Part shown: positions 25,655-37,700 of the stretch, in pieces
Layout of the letters: each line of letters begins with the position of its first letter
Numbering within the stretch: position 1 is the first letter of the stretch
Assembly: GCA_009103225.1 (NCBI GenBank)
Contig: RHPI01001037.1
Span: forward strand, 1,670,551 to 1,734,550
DNA: 64,000 bases
DNA from: Chlorokybus atmophyticus
Lineage: Eukaryota > Plantae > Mesostigma and Chlorokybus algae
Direction: 5' to 3'
Notes under the pieces: model-generated
The model's input: only the letters and a program-made list of their open reading frames with translations
What the model was told of the DNA's origin: nothing
Databases searched by the model: none
Position numbers and translations under genes: made by a program

Positions 25655-25851
25655 CGCCGACGCCACCGCCGCTATCGCCCACGACGACAATGCCAATGCC
25701 AAGCATGCAACAATGTACCACGTTAGCTTCCAGCAACAACGGTACTACCCAACGTTAGTTAAGGCTCCAGCTTCAAACAAAGATTTGGGTGGCATCACTC
25801 TGGCAATTATTGCATGCCGCGGCAGCGGCGGCGGTGTCGGCGGTGTGGGCG

Positions 25852-28800
25852 ATGGGGACGCCCGCAGGAGCAGGGGTCGGGTCTGGAGCGAGGAGGTCTG
25901 AGGGCTTTCTTCTCCAGCGAGGGGGCGGAGCTATCGTCGGTGCGGAGGTGGTGCCCCGAGGCGATGAAGTGTGGCGCCGCTTCCGGGCGGCGGGCTCACT
26001 CGGCGGCCATGTGCCCAGAGCTGAGGCTGAGGAGATGGCCGCCAGGCTGTCTGCACTTGAGCAGCAGGTTGATGTCTACTTATGTGTGTTATGGCATGGC
26101 AAGTAATGTTGCGTGCAGCAAGGCTTTGTTGGTGTTTCATTTCCATGTTTTGGGACTGGCTTTGTGGCTGTGAACGTTGCTTTCATCCATCAGGCTGAGT
26201 GGCTAGAAGGAGAGAGGGAAACATTGATTGCAGAAGTGGAGCAGCAGGCTTACGCTTTGCAAGCTGCGGAGAATGCTGCTGCCGCTGCGCAAGTAAGATA
26301 GCAGCATGCAGCTTGAAACGCAATCCCCAATTCGTGTCCCCTCTACAGGCAGCGTCTATGCACTGATTGCATGCGTCCAGCATTTCTCATGTTCATTAAA
26401 CTGCAGTAGGCAATATTGCAAGCACTACCGGGTTATCAACGTTTGTCAATGCGCTTGTAGGCCGACAGCATGTTGTTGCGACTCTTGTAACCATCGTGTG
26501 TACTAGGATGCACTGGGTCAGGAGACGAAGCAGCATGAGCTGCGCGTTAAGACCATGGAGCAGGTAATGCGCTGATGCACCTGTTGTGTTTGGTTCGCAC
26601 ATTGAAGCTTGCGCGCATGTGCACGTTGCAATGGCATAGTGGATGTTGAACTATCACCACATGCATTGAGTTGAGAGCATTGTCACAACAGCCATCACAT
26701 TGGCATTTGTAAACGATGTGCATTGACAGGTGTTGGCGAGAGTCCAAGCAGAGCTTGAAACAGAGCGATTGGTGCGCCAGCAGGTGAGCGTTACTTGTGT
26801 GACTGACTACTTGCCACTGTGCAAGACGTGCCCATGCCCGCTCACCCGTACAGAATTTATATCTCGGTTGAGCTGACGGAACAGCACCACGTGAGTGTGT
26901 CATACATGTCAATATTCCTGGCCTGATCATGTGCATGGTCATTTTGCGCATGCAGGCAGAGGCTGTTCAGAAACGAGCAGAGGCTGAGTTGCAGCAAGTA
27001 AGGTTGCAGGAGTCCGCCAAGCTGACGGCACTTCAAGAGGAGCTTGAAGCCGCACGCCTAGCCGCCCAGACTGAACAAGAAACAGCAGGTCAGGACTACG
27101 TGCACAGTGCTGAAGAGTGCTGTTCTGTGTCCTCTTGGGCAATATTTTGGTGGGGTCGCACACATATTTGGTGTCTTGCAGAGCGGGAGAAGGATTTGCT
27201 CACGAGAAAGCTGAGGGGTGCACAGCAGGCTGCTACACATGCAGATGAGTTGCGCAAAGAGGCAGAGGCCAGTGCAGCTGCATCAGTAAAGGCGGCAGAA
27301 GTTTCAGCGACAAAGGCTCGCAGTAAGGCAAGTGGCTGTCTGGACATTTATCACAGGGTTGATCATGATCAGTTCTAGTCCGTGCTACATAGGCTTGTCG
27401 TGTGTGCCAACAAGACATGTCGCAGGGATATCGTTGGTCCTGAATGATGTTGGTTGGGCCGTGGCTGCATAATTGCGTGGTGCACACTTTCCGTGTATGC
27501 TCTATCTGCACATTATCGTATAGCGCTAGAGCTATACTGCTACCGCTGATGTCCATTGCTGGTGGAGGTGCCATCTATGTTGCTTTTATCAACTCTTGAT
27601 GACTGCTATTAGGCACGCAAGACTGAGAAGCGTGCACAAGAAAAGGATCGTGAAGCTCAGCAGCTGCTTGAATCCGCACAGCAGCGGGAACAGGCACGTT
27701 GCAGCCGCACTGAGTTAATGCTGTTGCTGTTGATCTTACTTTCCTTGCTGACACTAGATGCTGAGTGGGTCGCTATTCTTCGTTGCAGGAGGTAGAGGCG
27801 CGAGAAGGGGCTGTCAGACAACAGCAAGCCAAGTTGGACGAGGCTGTGAAGTCGTTCGAAGATGAGCGAAAGAGCCTTGAGATGCGGGAGGAACACTTGC
27901 AAAAGATTTCCAGTGAGGTATAGCTGGGAGGCATCCCTTCTGTTTGTGGCCCTGCTTGTCGTTGATGCTTACATCATGTGCGCAGAATCTAGAACGGTAT
28001 GCTGAGAGTGGACACTTGGAAGAGGCGCTGAAAACGAGGCAGACAGCGCTTGAACAGCAAGAGGCTGAAGTCCGGTCCAAGTTTGCAGAACTGGAGCAGC
28101 AGTTTGCAACTGTCTCGGAGGCAAAGACAGTGAGTACAGTGAAGACAGATAGTTTTTTTTTTTGTTTTTACTTTACTGCAGCGTATGCAATTTTGACATG
28201 GCTCAAGCCTTGTGTGCAAGCATACGCGTGTATATCAAATATCTATAGTCGTGCAGGAACAGAGTCTTGGTGAGTGCATGCTCACCGTTAATCAACTGTT
28301 TGTCAGGCACTTGAGCAACAGCGCGCAGAGATGGAAGTGGCACGTGACGCATTGTCTCAGCAAGTTGCAAAGTCAGACAAACAAGTTGAGGAGATACTGC
28401 ACCAGCAGGACGTTTTGGAGAAGCAACAGGTGCTCAAAGCATGTTGAGCAGCCTGCATGAAGTTCAGGTGTAACGCTTTTGATGACAGACCGCTATGCAA
28501 GAGCTGCAAAGGGACATGGATGCGCGGGAAGCCGCGGCAGAACAAAAAGAAGCAGACTTGATTGCAAGAGAAAAGGCGCTGGCAAAAAAAGACGGACAGC
28601 TGTGCAAACGCGAGGCATTGCTGCAGAACTTGAAAATGGAGGAGGCGCAGGCAAATCGCAGGTTGGTTCATGTTTGGTTCCGTGTGCTTGTGGTTCTACC
28701 ATGTGAACAAGCTGAGTATACTGTTTTTCATGATATGCGCAGAGTAAAGGAGGCTATGCGTCTAGAGACTGAGGTACAGCAGCGAGAGAGGCAGTTGCTG

Positions 28801-30270
28801 GCAGAACTGTTGAAACTTGAAAGCCAGCCTGATCCGATGGAAGAGGTTGCGAAGAGGGAGCAGGAGTTGATGGCTAGGATTGCTGACAGAGAAGCCAGTT
28901 TGCATGAACAGGCAGCATTTCTCGCGGAGAAGGAACGCAAATTAATGACAGAGCTCCTTCAACTTGAAGGCAGTGTTGATACAGAGGAGGTTGCCAACAG
29001 CAAGAAGCGACGCAGAGTGGAGTCTCATCAAGATGCTCATTGCCCTCAAGGACAGCCACCCAGTCAGCCAGTCGATGCGTTGAGTACTCCAAGCAGGAGG
29101 AGAGCCTGGTGGTCTTTCCTTCACGGTCGCAGGTCAGCGCTTGACTGCTCTGAGGTCATGTTCAGAGCCAAACTGTGCACTTGTGTAATGTTATGTTGTT
29201 GTGTTGTAGGGAACTGGCGATGGAGCAGCTGAGCACACCCCAGGAGGATGGGGATGAGCACATGCATGCTTTGCCGCCTATCGCAGAAGGTACCTCAGAG
29301 AGGTCAATGGCAGCTGATGAGCCCGGCACGCACGAGCAGAGCGCTGACAAAGGCACTAAGCGTGACGGGTCTCGCTATCAATTGCGCGAGAATGCCAAGC
29401 ATCGGCAGACTTCTGCAGATGTATCATACGAAGCACCTGCTGCGAGTGATGCAGAGGAGCATCACACATCTGCAGAGGTGTGTGCTGCCCCTGAAGCGGA
29501 TGAGCAAGTTGCCCCTGATGCACAAACAATGGAGCCCGCACGAGATGAACACCAGGCCGATGCGCCGGCGAGCGCATCCGCCGTGTCTGTCACTGTGACA
29601 ACAGTGGTCGACACAACAACCACTGCATGTCAAAGACCTGAGGACTTGCACACGCAAGACATGCTGGTGGACTCGCTGCCGCCCCTGCCGACAGAACAGG
29701 AACTTGAGCTCGCTGACATTGCCGCAGGCATGGTTGAAGACGCCGCCGCCGAGACGCCTGCTGCAAGCACAGGCCAGCACTCTCCAGCAACGCCTACGGG
29801 ACAGCTCCAGGCCATGGCAACCGGCTTCGCCTCCTCCGTCTTCTCCACCATCTTCAACCGGAGGTAGGTGGTGGGGTTTTTGGTCTTAAGCCACTGTTGT
29901 AGCATGCACAACAACAACAACAACAACAACAACAGCAGCATTCACAGCAACCATAGCATGCCATGGCTGTTGGTTGATACCAAAACTTCACGCCAACACT
30001 CCTTGTGTGTGATGTTCTGTACACAGTCCCAACATTTTTCCTCCGTCCAAGCTCAACGACCAACCCGACACGCTGGACCTCCAGCAGCAGCCTTCGGCCT
30101 CTAACGATGCACAACCCGCAGCCACGGGTGACAGCCACTCCGAGCAGACAAGTCAGCGCAGCCAGAGGCGAAGTAGTAGGAAGGCCGAGCGGCAGGTGCA
30201 GTCGGTGCCGACGACGCCGGGCTCAAGCCGCTACAACCTAAGGCAAAAGCGGGGCTTATCTCACAAGTAG
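25852..30270 (+). CDS. Long coiled-coil nuclear protein resembling NMCP/CRWN (plant lamin analogue), about 13 exons
   Basis: ATG 25852. Head DEVWRRFRAAG...AARLSALEQQ. Several hundred aa of E/Q/K/R/A coiled coil. NLS KKRRR at 29002-29016, then an acidic tail with TP sites. C-terminal TPGSSRYNLR at 30214-30243. TAG at 30268-30270. Confidence 0.7.
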
Positions 30271-31009
30271 TGGGGTAGAGGTGGGCTTGCTTGACTGACA
30301 GCCAGAAGCGGATGCTGCTATTGGACCTGTTGTGTATGTACCTTTATGTAGTTGTTGTCCAAGCGTTGGTGCTGTATGTGGTATGGTGGCAGCTGGTGTT
30401 GGCTTGCGTGTATGCTTGTCTCCCTTCATACACACGACAAACATGTGTCCTTGCCTCTGTTGGTTTTACTGTCCATTGCAGACTCCTGCTTGCATTGTGA
30501 CAACATTCAGAGTGACACTATGCTGCATGCCATGGACATGTCGCCTTGTGTTACTGGTGTTGCTTTCATGCAATCAACATTGCCTTCGTTAATGAGGCTA
30601 TGGCGAGCAACCAGCGCATGCAGTGCATAACTGCATGCGCTCGTTGCTCGCTACAGCGACAGGCGCATGCGCATGAACACTTCAGCAAACAGGCAGAATG
30701 CGTAGCACAGGCAACCAGTAGAAAGACTCGACGCAGACAGAGGCCTTTTATGTACAATCATGTGGTAAGCTAAATTTAGATTAAAAGTTATTATCAATAA
30801 TTTTATTATGGATGCAGCATGTCAGCATTGAAGCACACTTCAATCAAGTGCCGACTGCAAGCCCCAATTTGTTCAAGAGCTGTGCTTTGATGGCCTGTGT
30901 GAGTACCACTTACATTAGGTCAAGCGTGTGGCGCGTGCCTTCACTCAGTATGCACCTCCCTGGCCTTGGCGACGTTCCTGCCTCACTGCGCACTGAACGG
31001 GCGGCAGCC

Positions 31010-32421
31010 ATGGCGGCGGGAGGGGTGGCGATGCACAAGCGCGTGTTCAGGGCCGGCTGCGTCCTGCAGTCCCTGGACGCCACCACGCTGGAGATGCTGG
31101 TGCCTGGGGAAGTCGGACTGGACCAACACGGCAAGGTCAGGCGCCGGGGGGGAGCAACATTGCGTATGTGCGTGCGTGCGTGCTTGTGTGTCAGCATACG
31201 TGTTTGCATGAGTGTGAATAATAACTATACAATGCTCTGGCTGCTTTCTTTGTTTGTACCAGAGCTGTGAGTTGACAAAGGACTGGTGGTGATAGATACG
31301 GTGGTAGCAATGCATGCATGTCTATGTCTCTGGTTGCTGCTAAAGCAGTGTATGTGCACGCATTGTGCATGAAAAACTTCTGCTGTCAGCTGATAGCTAG
31401 CACGGTGGTTACAACTACGTCAAGGTGTCGTCCAGTTCTTACGGCGATGACTGCAATCAGCGCTACTTTATTGCATTTGCACACCTTTCAAGGAAAATCT
31501 ACAAGGCAAATGCATGGCGACCAGTGCTGCCAACACCCACCTTCATATATGTTATTACACCAGCCAAGCAGCCATGTCCAGCATGGTCAGAGCATGCATT
31601 CTATTCTGCCATATAATGTAATACAATACCCACTCATCTCACTCTGTAAGCACCCGTGTCCGTCATAGTAGCACACAGCTTCATATCTTCTTGTCCCAAA
31701 GGTGGAGTATTGCAGACTGGCATCGGGTGGAAAGAGACTCATTGCCACGCCGGACGGCGTGCGTGAGAGTGCGAGTGATGAAGCTGATGAAATGCATGTT
31801 GGCCTGCCGAAAGACGGGGATGTCGATGTCGATGTCGAGGAGCTTGGGGAGGGGACGATGCTGATGCCGGGGTTTGTGGACTTGCATGCGCACGCACCGC
31901 AATACAAGGTGAGGGTGGATGTTTGGCCTCGATGAGAGACATATGCAGACACGCACGCATGCACCCGCACACGCATGCGCGTACACACACACAGGCACGC
32001 ACACATGCATGCACGCATGAACCTGTGCGGAAACAAAACCACATTCGCGAGCACGCGTAGGCGCCTGCCTGGACACACACAATCATGTGTGCTCTTTCTG
32101 CACGCATGTCCGTGACACACACACGCACGCACACGCACACGCACACGCACACACACACGCACACGCACACGCACCTCTCCCTAGTTTGCAGGCAGCGGCA
32201 ACGACTTGCCTCTCCTGGACTGGCTCAAGACCTACACTTTCCCGACCGAGGCCAAGTTCAGTAACTCAGATTACGCCCGTACCGTCTACGACAAGGCCGT
32301 GCGACGCCACCTGTCGTTCGGGTCGACGACGGTTGTGTATTTTGCGTCGCTGCATGTGGAGGCGACGATCGTGCTGGCGGATGTGGTGGAGAAGTATGGA
32401 CAGAGGGGGTTTGTGGGAAAG

Positions 32422-32452
<31 letters not shown>

Positions 32453-34298
32453 TGCGCACGTGCTCGTGTCTGGGTGTGGGTGTGGGTGTGGGTGTGGGTG
32501 TGGGTGTGGGTGCGCGCGTGACTGTGCTGGCGTGCGTGCGTGTGTGCGTGTGCTTGTGCACGCACACCCACCCACACACCACACAATCCTTGTATCAGGT
32601 CTGCATGGATCGCAACAGCGAGCCTTACTACGTCGAGTCCGAGGAGGAGTCCGTGCGCGGGACGCTGGAAGTGGCTGAGAACATTCTGGCGAGGAACAAC
32701 CCTCTGGTCACACCCATCATAACACCAAGGCAAGTGGACAAGTTAGTCGTGTGGTAGTACAACATGTTGATGTGTGTGTGTATGTGTGTGTGGTGCAGGT
32801 TTGTGCCGAGCTGTTCGGCCGGACTCATGCAGAAGCTGGCGGACATCGCGGCTAAGCTGGATATCCCCGTGCAGAGCCACCTGTGCGAGAACAAGAGCGA
32901 GATAGCGTGGGTTCGGGACCTGCACCCCGAAGAGGTGTGAGTGCATTTGCGTGAGCTCGTGTGCTTTTGTGCATACCTGTGCGTGTGTGCAAACATGTGT
33001 GTATGTTTGAGCCTGTGTTAATGTGTACACAAGTGCATGTACGTGCAAACCTGTGCGTGCGTGTATGCGTGCGTGGGTACGTGCGAATGCGCTCATGTGC
33101 ATCCGTGCGTGTGTAGCTGCATTTCCCAATCTAGCGAGGGATCTCTCATGCAATATCTCAGGACACGTACACGGGAGTGTACGACCGTTACGGTCTGCTG
33201 AGCGCGCGCGCGTGCGTGATGGCGCACGGCGTGCACCTCACTCCCGGCGAGCGGCGCGTGCTGGCCGAGCGCGGGACGGGCATCGCGCACTGCCCCATAT
33301 CGAATTTCAACCTGCGAAGCGGAGTGTGCGACGTGAAGCAGCTCATGCGTGATGGCGTCAAGGTGTGTGCGGTTGTGTATGTGTGTGTGTGTGCGTGTTT
33401 GCAAGTTTTGTATACACACATGCTCGTATGTACCGTGGCAGTACCACAAGCGCACGCCCACGTGCACACGAGTTGGCACACGCACGCACGTACGACCGGT
33501 GTGTGTGTGTTGATTGCTGATGTGGTATTATTGGTTGTGTAGGTGGGTTTGGGGTCTGATGTGGCCGGCGGGCACCACCCTTCCATGCTGGAAGTCATGC
33601 GCGCGGCCATTGCCGCCGCGAATGTCCTCACCTTTGATCAACCACAAGTGGTGAAGCCTGTAAGTGCTGTTGCATAACTGCTTTCAACAACACCATCAGC
33701 ACACTGCCACTTGCATGGAAACCCAACATCGCCATGTGCAAGTTACATATGTATTGTTCTATACAAACACTGTCACCACGACATCTCTGTTAGATGTAGA
33801 ACATTACAGAGCCATAAAATACGCCCCGCACACGACATTGACAGGATAGAACTTTGTGTTTTCTGCTGTCATGCTGCATATGGCAGAGCTGGCAGCGTAA
33901 CACGAGATCGAACACTTAGGTCAAGCAAGCTTTTTGTCAGTAATGTCACTGCAACGTCGCATGTATGAATCCACTAAACGGCTGATACAATGTGTGCGTA
34001 TCAACAAACTTGTCCCCCGTCGCAGCCTATGTCAATTCCGGAAGTGTTCTATTTGGCTACTTTGGGCGGGGCGCGCGTGATGGATATCGACGGCACAGTC
34101 GGCAACTTCGCCGTCGGGAAGCAGTTTGACGCGCTGGTTGTTGATATCGGCTCCGACAACGGCCCCTTTGACGTGTTCGACGACGACAGCCACTTTGATA
34201 TCCTGTCCAAGTTCATCCATCTGGGAGATGACAGAAATATTAAGCGGGCGTACGTTGCTGGCAAACAGATTGTGCCGATGCAACAACATTCATTGTGA
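31010..34298 (+). CDS. GDA: Guanine deaminase (amidohydrolase superfamily, EC 3.5.4.3), 8 exons
   Basis: PGFVDLHAHAPQY (HxH), DLPLLDWLKTYTFPTEAKF, GQRGFVGKVCMDRN, ITPRFVPSC, QSHLCEN, MAHGVHL, IAHCPISNFNLRSG, VGLGSDVAGG, YLATLGGA, GNFAVGKQFDALVV, LGDDRNI. Stop at 34298. Confidence 0.95.
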
Positions 34299-34717
34299 TG
34301 GAGAGAGTGTTCATTGGGATGAAGATAGTGAGTGCTGATTGTTTGTTATTGCAGTTATATGTGCACTGTGTATATGTACTAGCATGATTGCTATCTTTAT
34401 AAGGATGTATAAGAATACGCTTTCAGCTCGCTCAGCTTAATGTATATACGTGACCATGCTGAGTGTGCACATGCACACAAGCACGCGTGCACATGTGGCT
34501 GCACAAGCACACGGACGCACTACAAGCACTGACAAGAGAATGAATGTTATTAGAGACAAATGGTTGAATCTGCTGCTGCGTGTCGCCTGAATTCTACATG
34601 TACACACGAACGGTGGTGGGGGGTTGGAAATACAATAAGAGAGGAGTCTACTCTCATAGACATTGGCGGCTATCTACTCGCTCTGTTCTGCGCCATTTGC
34701 AATGTGTTGTTGTTGTG

Positions 34718-37700
34718 TCACTTCTTTCTATTGTCAGGAGTAGGCGGCGAAGAGTACGGGAACGGGTTGCTGAACGGTACGGGATAGCAGAGTGTCTCTG
34801 CGTGATACTCGCCTTGCCCGTGTCCACCCTGAATGCATAGTTTGTCCTCCTCGCCCTCCACGCCCGACACAACAACTGCGGCATGTTCGAACCGGAAAGG
34901 TGACGTGTCCGACGAGGGCGCCTGAGTCCACGTGTTGGTGTTGGTGTCGTATTGCCACATGTCGTTGTACTCCTGCTTGAGACTGGACCCGCCGTGAATG
35001 TAGATGTATGAGCCGTACGCGACGGAGGCGTGGCTGTAGCGGCCAACATAGTTGTTGTTGTTGTTGTTGTTGTTGTTGTCGTCGGAGGAGAGTTGGAAGG
35101 TGTTGAGTTGCGTGAGCACGTTGTCGGCGGGGTTGTACGAGAAGAACTCGTTGGAGAAGCCGCGATCGGTGTACCCGCCGTAGATGTACACAACATCATT
35201 GGCCGACACAGCAATGCTGTGGCCAAAGCGCTTGCCCGCAACAGTGCCATCGACAGACGTGGGTGTAACAGACCGCCACTTGCGTGTGTCGATACTATAA
35301 ACCCACATGTCGTCGTAGAGAGCGTGTCCCGAGCGCCCACCGTACACTATCATCGTCCCATCCGACAACACACCCGCAGCGTGGTCGAAGCGTGCGGGTG
35401 GTACGCCTCCATCACCCTGCGGGCTGATGAATCGCCACGAAGAGGACGTGAAGGAGAACTCCCACACGTCGCTGAAGGCGTACGCGCTACGCTCACCGCC
35501 ATACACGTACATGGCGTCGTTGTACACGACAGCGGAGTGAGAGTAGCGAGGAGGGGGAGACACGCCGTCCTGAGGGGACACTTGCGACCACATGCGTTCA
35601 GGAACCCAATTCACTTGCGTGTCCTCGCCGTCGGCAGCGGGCTCAATCACAGCTCCCACTGTCGCGGGATGAACCTATACATCAAGGTAGAGGTTTCAGC
35701 ACGAGAGTTGTGTTGGGTGCACACGTGTAATGAACTCACTCACAAGGAGCATGCAAAGGTGCACATGAGCCCGCGCACGCAAGCTCGCACGCTCGCACGC
35801 GTACGATTGTGCACGCACATATGTCCACACGTACACATACCACTCTGGGTGTGCAATGTGTTTACCTTGATGACGGTGATGTCATCCCAGAATGCGTGTG
35901 CTGGGAGTACGTTGGGTACGCCCGTGAGGTCATCCAGTCCCGCTATGCCAGCAGAGATGAAGATCTTGTTGATGACAATAGGGTTGGGATCGCTATACAC
36001 GGGTACCCCATCAATTGACACAGTCGTGCCGGTTGAGTCACTGCGGACCTCAAACAGATGCCAGCCAGCGTTACGCGTCGCATTGTAAGCCGACTCCCAT
36101 GGCGACGCCGTGGCATATTTCCCAACAGTAGACAGCGTGTACACGCCGACAGCCGTGCTCTGCGTGTCGGGAAGGAGCCCAACATGCGTGTCGGGGAGAA
36201 GAAGTCTCTCCCCATCAGGTGTGCCTCCACACACATCCCAATCAGGACTGATGAAGTGGGCTGCTGTCTCAGAGTCAGAATCATAGAACTGAGCCCGAAG
36301 GATGAAGCTATCCGTCGGGTCATCGATATCAGCCTGAAGAGCACCAGCGAAGCCATACTTGGCATGAAGACTGTATCGGCCTGCATAAGGCAACTCCTCG
36401 CTGATATCAAACCCGTCAGCTGAGGGCGATATCACCCCGCAGGGAGCCGCGGGGACGAAAGGAGTCGAGGTGATATCGCCCTCGCCCTCGAAATCTTCGT
36501 AGAAAGCGAAGACGGTCTCGGGCTTGGATTCGGATATCACTGCGGGGTTGCCATAGAACATCTCGAGTGAGAATGACGTTGGGAGCACGTTGTCACCCGG
36601 GATGGAGACCCAGAATACGGTCTCGGGCTTGCCGCAGGTCCAGCTGTCGACAACGTGGTCGAGGATGGTTGATTGACCAGTGACACGGAAGACGATATCC
36701 GTGCATGCGCCTGACATTGAACCGCTAGCGACAAGCGACTCGGTGTCGAGCACAACTTGCAGCGTGGCGTCACCATCCAGTAGAGCATTGACTGTAGTAA
36801 CAACAACAAGAACACATCAGGGGTGAAGAGCAGTGTCGGTAACGCGTGTGCGTGTGCATGTGTGTGTCTACATGTGTTTGCGCGTATGTGTGTACTTACG
36901 TGTCACGCTGATGAGCTTGCGGTACGATAGGCTGTCATCAGCACCGCCGGAAGCACCTTCCAGCATCCACATATCATTGAGGTACGTCTTGTCATACAGG
37001 GCGCCGCCGAAGATGTAAATGCTGCCGTTGTATGCCGCAGCCGTGTGCTCGAAGCGCTTCGCTTGCAGCGGGAGCGTCTCATCATCTGTGAGAAGCTCAG
37101 CCCAACGTGCGGGAAGCACCTGTAGTGTGCTTTGAGGCGTGCTCAATAGTGAGATAAATAGGTTGTAAGGTCCTGGTGTCGGGGCCGTGTACACCACTTG
37201 GTACGCGCCCTGGCCGATAGACACCACCTCGGGGACCACCACGACGTTGTCCACGAGCATGTGGTTGATTGTGATCGCGCGGGTCACGTCATAGCTCGCA
37301 TCGCGGTCGACAATCACGTTGGCGTGCGGATCCATGGAGTCCTTTGCTACAACGATGAAAGAGGAGGGGACCCCGGCCACGGCCGTCGGGACCTGCCCAC
37401 CAACAAGGTCCAGACTAGCAAGGTCCCCGGCAGTAACCTCCAACGTAAAAGGTGCGGGGACAAGAGGCTCGTCGGGACGCGTGCCATCACCCAACAGAAG
37501 GACATTGAGAAGGTAGCTCCCGGCTTCATCCAGGTGGTATGTTGCCAACCAGAGGTCACCTAAGCAAGATGTGTCGCCCGGACCAAAGCGATGGTCACTA
37601 ACAAAGAGCCCATTGGGGAGCTCGAGGCTCAGAAGCTTGCGGAAGGGACCCTCTGGATCGGTGATGTTGGGTGTGTCGGACGGTGCGCCATCTATGTTGG

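Noticed and set aside
18710-30270. MPS1 and NMCP-like genes as a functional mitotic/nuclear cluster
   Set aside because: They are separated by an unrelated plastid gene, and eukaryotic neighbourhood alone is weak evidence.
31587-33631. Many VCVC/HTHT-rich ORFs here and at 51500-57000
   Set aside because: Intronic (GT)n/(CA)n repeats or antisense frames of real exons.
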